DNA of 64,000 bases, taken from Tricharina praecox. Taxonomy: Eukaryota. A program made the translations under genes and the position numbers. Positions 56,701-64,000 of this stretch are shown piece by piece. Where the stretch lies: NCBI RefSeq assembly GCF_024521635.1, contig NW_026250411.1:310001-374000 (forward strand). Direction: 5' to 3'. Position 1 is the first letter of the stretch, and each line of letters starts with the position of its first letter. Below the pieces are notes generated by a model that was not told the origin of the DNA, did no database searches, and worked only from the letters and a program-made list of their open reading frames with translations.

Positions 56701-59700
56701 CTCGGCTCGGGTCGGCTCGGCTCGTCCCGCTGTTCCGCTGTCCCGTCCCGCTGGCCCATGTACGGAGATTATCTGCGATTTCGGTGCGGAATATTCCCGA
56801 AATAGGCAGGCCGCTGCCCGGGAACATAGGGTTGAGTCGCGGAGTGATTTTATGATTTTATGCTTTTTATGATACAGATGCCATGGCCTCCGGAGATGGG
56901 CGACGCAGTTCCAATTGACTCAGGACTGTGAGATGTACTCTACTGGATAGTAGACCCCGTGTTATGGAGGATAATGGAATAAGTAGGTGCCGTCGCATAA
57001 ACCCTCACTCAAGTGCAACTTGCAGTCGCTTCGGCGGTAATACTACATACAGGTATACCAGGTAGACAGACGCGCAGGCTATCAACAAAATGTACAATAC
57101 ATAGTACCGCTTTCAGCCCGGTCCAGCTTGAGACACGTTCCAGCCTAGCATGGGTGGCATCACGACCGCTCACTCACGCAGTCAGCTGGTTGTCCCGGCA
57201 ACACTACGCGCTTGCACTAGCAGCAACCAGCAGCCACTCCCACCTCTCACCAATAGCACGGCCACAAATGCACAAATCTACAGTTTCCCTAGCCACCTAC
57301 TCTAGAGTACTCTAGCTAACCCCGCGCCGAGCACAGTTTAGCCACATGTTCACCTCCTATCCTATACGCACACAGTGTGCACGAGCCGAGTGGTGTACCT
57401 ACATAACGTTTAAGGATGCTGACTGTGGTGGTGAAGTCCACCGTGCGTTACAACAGGCGGGCGCCGCAGGATTTCGGTGGGGTCGCAGACTGGGCGGGCG
57501 GCTAGAGTAACGACCTACCTACATGACCACTAAACCAACACCCACGTTGTGCGAGCGATGCACTACACATGTATAATATATCTATCGGATCCACGGTAGC
57601 ATACTACCTATCACGGAACGGGGAAGGAAGGAACGAAGGAAGGAAGGGTAGGAAAGGGAGATGCACTTTCGAAACGTTGCGGATATCACGGTAGGGCAGT
57701 GTGGTCCGTTTTGAAGGAGCAATCACGGCCCGGTGGTTTTGCACATTCAGTTGCACGCGCGCGGAGGATGAGGGAGGAGGAGGAACATTGATTGTGGCTC
57801 GGCAGTAGAGATATGGTGAATAAGGTTCTGACTGGATAGATGGATGGATGAATGGTTGGTTGGTGGGATGGATAGATGGTTGGATAGTAGTTGTAAACTG
57901 GATAGCGGTAGCGCAAGCGAGTAGCGTGCGAAGCGAGCGAGCGATGCTTGCTTACTCTACATACATCCTATAGCAATGGCTGGAGAATTGGAAGGCTGGA
58001 GGACGGGGTGAGCTCCGGGGGACTGGTTTTTGGTTGTGGGAGCGGTTGGTGCAGATGCATGAAGTGGCTGTGTGCCGAGGGCTCACTCGGAGGGCGAGCC
58101 GGTGTAGCGGGAATAAGAAAAGAAGTACAAGGCAGAATGGACTTTGGAAGCTATGTACGGTGCGTGGAAGCTACGGTGCTTGGAAGCTCGAAAAATGTGG
58201 TGATGCCGACATACTGGGTTATCAACGAACGAGCGAGCGCCGAGCGAGGCTGTGTGATTGAGCATGAAGCAGCATACCTAGCCCAAACCAAACCACGGTT
58301 AACCCTTGTTCTGCTGGGGCTGAATGGCGAAGCGACACCTGCTGAGGCCAAGCTGCATGAATGTATGTAGGATAATATAAACAGCAGCAAGCAAGCACGA
58401 CAGGACTGGGCTCGTTTCTTTTCCCCGTTTTCCGAGTAAATCTCTGGATATAGGATGTATGTACGTCAGACCCAGGTTTACGTTTCCCCGCATGTCGATG
58501 ATATCCGAGTTTTCCAAGAAAGAAAGCAAGCATACTGCAGCAGGTGAGGCATTTCGTGTATATTAGTCACCGGAATCTGGATTCTGAACCCCTAGCATTG
58601 GCTCGGCCAGTCTTGACTCCTCTGTAGTCGATACGGTATATACGCCTCGTGCCCAGTCCACCGTCCCACCCAAGACATGATGCTTCCTCCAGAAAGATGG
58701 AGGGGAGCCTATGTATGTTATTGGCACATTTAACGATGGACGGGAGGAGAAAATATGTACCGTGACCGCCAGAAGACTGTTATTCTAAGTAGGTATTCCT
58801 TCCGGTCAGTCCTCCAGCGTCGATACGCCTCATGCCCACCGGCACGAGCAAAGACATCCTCTACGGATATGCCTCGTGCCAACCGCCAGTGTCTAGGTGT
58901 GGCGGCCCGCCACACCCAGATATATCCTCCACAAACGCCCGGTAGGTGGCTGATGCCCGTCATTTGCACTTTGCACATTGCACGATGAACGATGAGCGGT
59001 AGAAGAGCCCATCCACCGGGCTGTGTGTGACTGTCAGAATACCGCCATTCCAAATATTCCTTCTGGCTCAACTTCAGCCCTCCAGCCTAGTCCTCCGCCG
59101 TCGATATGCATTGATCCTACCGCCGTACCAAAAAGCCATCCTCAATGATGAAGGTATGGGGTGGGGAGGCAATGCTCGATACTGAGCATATTCCACGATG
59201 GACGGAAAAACTTGAAGGAACTATACACCATACACCATACACCATACGCCATACATCATACACCCTGACGCTGAACACCGAAAGACCATGGTTCCAAGTA
59301 GATATCCCTTCCGGTCCGGTCATTGACCCATCCACCCATCCATCCACCCATCCACCTCATCACCCCCTCACCTCCAGCTCCCTGCAAGCTACTCGTACTG
59401 ACCTCGAGCCCACTGCACAGGCTCGCTCGCTCGCTCATCATATCTCACAAACACACAAACCACCACGGCGTGCATCTGTAGTCAAACGCCTCCCGCGGCT
59501 ATGAACGCACATTTTGGTAATGTGACATCAGTGATCACCGATAGGCAGCGGTACGCCGGAATCCCGTCCCCCTCCCCCCGTTCGCCTTCCCCTCCTACGC
59601 CTGCTCATCCTACGCCTCCCCCGTCTCCCCGTAACTCGTTCACCTCGTTTACCGGCCCCAGCTAGCAGGAAAATATCTCATCCAGTGTGTGGTACTACTG

Positions 59701-62700
59701 ACGTGGCCAGTTATCCCACCCTTCCACCCACCCGCCCGCCTACGGGCCACACCCAAAGCCTAAAGGCTGGAGTATCCGTGGATGGAGCCCTGGCGTCTTA
59801 CGTTTTTCTTGGCCAGTCCAGTGCTCACTGCAGTGCTGTCATATCCTGTCCTGCACGCTCGCTGCTTGGTAATGTAGTCATCCAGTTAGCGTCCAGCGGA
59901 GTGGTCTGGTGCTCACTGCTCACTGCTCAAACCTTCGCGGCGGCGGCTGGAGTGAGGGAGTAGAGGTGAAAGCACCAGCACGTAGCATCCGGACACTTGT
60001 GCGGCGGCATTACCCCCCCACATGCTCGCAGTATGTGATACCAGATACGTAGTATGTAGTATGGACGGCAGCAGCGGCAAGCTGATTCGTTCATGAGGAG
60101 CCCATGGACCACGGTGGACCGGTGGTCCTGCTGGCTGGCTAGCCAGCTGGTACACCGTACATAGACCCCAATGGAACTAGACGTCGTGGCTTGCAGTGAG
60201 AACCAGATCGCTGGGCTGAACTCTGAAACGTATAGACATCATTCGAATCAGCACGATTGACGTACGCCCTTCTATGTAGCAGCCGAGCTGGCAGCAGCAG
60301 CAGCAGCAGCAGCAGAGGAGGCGGCAAACACCGCCCGTGGACTGGCTGGAAGGATCTCACCTGCCTGCCTGCCGAGGGTATCTTCGGTCGTGGAAGTCCG
60401 CTTTCGACCGAAAGAGAAGCTGCTGCAGTGCTGTGGGTGGTGTTGGATTCCGGAATGGGGTGATCGTCGATAATCAGCCAGCAAGACAGCTGGCTGAACG
60501 TGGCGGGTCACCACCACCGCCACCACCACCGCGGGGGTGCTGGATGGCTGGTGGGGTGGTGGGGTGGTGGGGGAGTCGTGTATCGCAAACGGAACTGAAA
60601 ATATGTATGGGCCTCTGGGCCAGACCAATGCGGAAGCTCTGGTCATGTTGTGGGGGGTTGGTTGACGTATTGGCAGGTTCCGAGAATGCGTGGTCAATCA
60701 AATGTTCCGTCGGAGTAAACAAGTTACATAAAACGTATAGTTGGCTGGAAGATTGCTGCAGCTACCCTGCGGTCCGGAAAGAAAAACATTGGTCTAGATT
60801 TGACCAAAAGTTAGCAGAGTACATATGAGGTCACCGGGTGACGGTGGCAAAGATCCTCCTACCAGAGGTCTAGTTACCATTTGGACCGGAAAACCTCGAT
60901 GGTTGACCAGCAGGCCAGACAAGAGGAAAATATCCGCCAGCAACACCGTACACCTACTTAGCCGATCCGAGAATATACTCCTAGCGCGAATAGCCGCTGG
61001 AGAAAAAAAAACTCTATATGGCCTTGCCAGGATGCAAGCTCGTCGGAACGCCGACACACGTCTTCCGGAGCCTTCATTTTCTCTGGTAACAAATAAGTCA
61101 CATGAATTATGAGGATATAGGGAAGGAGGATGAGGGGGAGAGGGAGGAGGAGGAGGCAAACCACAAGGAACATGATACGCGTAAGCGGCGCGGTAATGAA
61201 GTGGCTGGAGAGCGGACTTTCTGCCGGGCCCCGCGGTCGATCGCGAGAGCCTTCGCAGACGCAGGCGGCAATTCCCCTCGTTTCCACCGGCACTTTGGCC
61301 AGCCAGCCGTCGCAAGCGGCAATCCGTGGGTGAAGCGCAGAAAATTGTTCACTTGCGTCTAATCATCTATTTCGATCGCTGCGGCTTATGGGAGTGTGCA
61401 GGTAGGTAGGCCACCGTGAGCATCGGCCGTGTGTGGACGGAGAGTGTTGTTGCTAGCTTGACTGCAGTGCGAGCTGTGCGAGGTCTACATACCAGGCGAG
61501 GGCATCAGTGCTGTAGTGAGACGAATCATAGATCACACCGGGCGAGGGTGATTTCGGTGTGGAATGACCTGTTCGCAAAGAAGGCTCAGTAGGCTGCCAG
61601 CCATCTCAACTTCCATGTTTCCATGTTGCGCGATTATTAGCCTCCTAGATTACCGATGCCACATAGGGTTTTCCGATAGACGATCACTTTCTTCTCTTTG
61701 TGGACGCGATGAACTGTCGCCGAAACCGCCGTAAGCGATGCCACGACAGTGCTCTCGTTTCAATCTTCGCATCCCCCTTCGTATCAGAATTCTCCCTTGC
61801 CGCATGAATGCTCGGGCTGGTCGGCTGCGCTTGACACGTCGCTCTTTTTCGCTCTCCCATGCCAGCTATACCCGTTAGTAGTCAAGTCTAGGAAATGTAC
61901 TGGTACAGCACAATCTCGTATGTACCTCCGAAGCCTCGGTTTCAACACAGGACCGAGTAGCCAATGTCCCACATACGACATGGTTGTCGGTGCTTGTGTG
62001 GGAACGATGGGGCTGGAAACCGGACCCTGTCCAAAGAACATTATCAGCCAACCGTATGGAATGTTCTTGCGCATGTGCTGCCAGCACACGACGCGCTTCC
62101 TTGACTCACCCGTCGCATCTTTGCGCCTCGCTAGGCTGGACCCTGAAGCTTTGAGTATGGACTGGCAGTGGAGTCCAGTAGCTAGGCCCCGGCCCGGGGC
62201 TAGGAAGCTATGTACCATCATGTACCTCACGGCACGGACGACCCCTATTTTTCGCCCACGGACCCTCCTTCCGTCGTCGGCCACGGCATCAGGCGGCACA
62301 GCGCTTCTCAGCTTCCGCTTGCAAGCCGCTCGCCGGTCACCGGTGGAATGGAAGTGCACTTTCGGCCAAGGGCCAAGTTAGAGCGGGCTGGACCACGAGA
62401 AAGAAAGAAAAAGAAGAAGAAGCATGATGGAGGGTTCATGATCGTGACTTTTCTTTTTTTTCTTTTTTCTGCGAACCTTCGGACGAACAATGACCGCCTA
62501 CCAAGGGACAGATTGCAGATACAGGCGTCAGGCGCAAAGTGACAGCAAGCGCATACCTCATACATACTCGGGCAGACACTTTGTACCTGACGTTGAGCGT
62601 GTGTGTGTGTGTGTGTGTGTGTGGATGGGTCGCGGACTCGCGGTTGCGCTTACCTTGGCAAATTTCCTTCCAGAGTGGCCGTTGGAGAAGTGTTGTGATC

Positions 62701-64000
62701 AGCTTCCGCTCTTGGTCCCGAGAGGGAAATAACAGACAAAAAATAATCCTGGGAACGGTACTAAAAGTCTCTGCGCGGAACTCCTCGTTTTGCCGACCAA
62801 TATATGTATGATGTATGTATGTGCCCCCCCCCCGTAGTCTGTATGTATGTGTCTGCAAAGCCGGCCAGCCAGCTTGAGTAAAAGTGGGCGATGTGGGGTC
62901 GGTCAGCAGTAACTAGGTTTGGTGACAGCTCACATATTGCTTCTTCCCCCACTCCTGTCCGTGTGTAAGCTCCACCCAGCAGATCCGATCACCCATGCGC
63001 ACGGTGGTGGCTTGGAGGGGAATAGCCACTCTAGGTAAGTACGGTGAGTAAGTACTCTATGTATCCATGTGGTCACGACGCGGCCGATTTTCATCGACTT
63101 TCTCCTTTCTTCCACCGAGGTCGGGTATTTCTTTAGGGGCGTAATCTTCGTTATCTGCACTTCCGGTCTGTACTTGTGCACTAGTGAGTACTTGGTACCT
63201 GTGTCTTTGGCTGAGCACTGAAAGTGTACATTTAGTAAGTGAGTAGCTCGGGAGGAAGTAGAGTGGTTATGATAGGTACCTCACAACGTTTGCCTCTGTA
63301 GAGTAGATATGTAGAGTATTTGCTTGTTGTGATTCGCGTCCCAGAGCCGTGTCATTGGGGGAGGGTAGATACAACCTACTAGAAGTGAGGAAAGTAGACT
63401 CGTACCCGCGCTTCCCTATGCAACAAGACGGGCCATCATCATCACAGAGGTGGGTAATACGGTACATTGCGGCAAATTGCACTGTCCCAGACTCCAGTTG
63501 ATCCGAAACAACCAGCGACGAGTCAGCGACCGATCGGGTAGTTACCCCAAAATAAATCCACACGGCGGCGAGCGAGCGTGGAGACTCGAGAGAGCGACAG
63601 ACTCAGATCGGACTCAGACTCAGACTCCTCAGTAGGACACCGGGGAAGTAGGTATTCGTCCTGCGGAGAGTGAGCGTGAGGCGGCGCAGGTCTCAGCGTG
63701 TATGTAGAGTAGTTATAGTTTATAGTAGGTACTCTACATGAGAGAGGCGAAGCCTAGTCTCCTCAGTCGCGGCGCATATTGCGGCTAAACGTGACGAGGC
63801 TGTGGTGGGTGGCAGGATGGGATCGATTATCGTCGCCTTCCGTGTTTGTGGCGGGGGACAGGGCGATGGGTGGTGGTAGAGTGGTGGTGGTGGTGCAGTG
63901 GTGGTGGACCCAATGCAGGCGCAGGCGAGAGTGAGAGAAGGAGGAGGGGAGAGTCCTGAATGGAGCGCGGCTTGCAGGAAGGGGTGGGTCTCTGGGAAGA

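Noticed and set aside
53800..64000. Many short ORFs in the last 10 kb
   Set aside because: No recognisable domains or splice-linked exon chains; treated as intergenic.

Overview
Eukaryotic DNA from a filamentous ascomycete: short GT-AG introns with CTRAY branch points, and gene content suggestive of Pezizomycotina. The ORF track breaks most genes, so I spliced the models by hand and every one closes in frame. The first 21 kb is gene-dense. It holds a BTB/POZ-like protein, a PAM2-motif orphan, a divergent Pho80/Pcl-type cyclin, a DUF1772-like membrane protein, a 5-exon secreted Cys-rich two-domain precursor, a head-to-head BMT6/EFM7 methyltransferase pair, an F-box-ankyrin protein, proteasome beta-7 (PRE4) and a 5-exon class I terpene synthase. 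Further along are a coiled-coil protein with 11-aa repeats, a LINE RNase H relic, an 8-exon NAPE-PLD/Fmp30-like gene, a ~14 kb microsatellite-rich gene desert, a ~1205-aa DUF4238-like gene and ~10 kb with no recognisable gene. The most notable items are: (1) the hidden precursor with dibasic (Kex2-type) sites, one Cys-rich domain per exon and a 43-bp promoter triplication; (2) the terpene synthase with intron-split, variant metal-binding motifs; (3) a 9-nt microexon and three long, stem-rich introns in NAPE-PLD; (4) five copies of a non-LTR retroelement 3' tail, one with a 14-bp target-site duplication. All family assignments come from motif recognition by eye; no searches were run.
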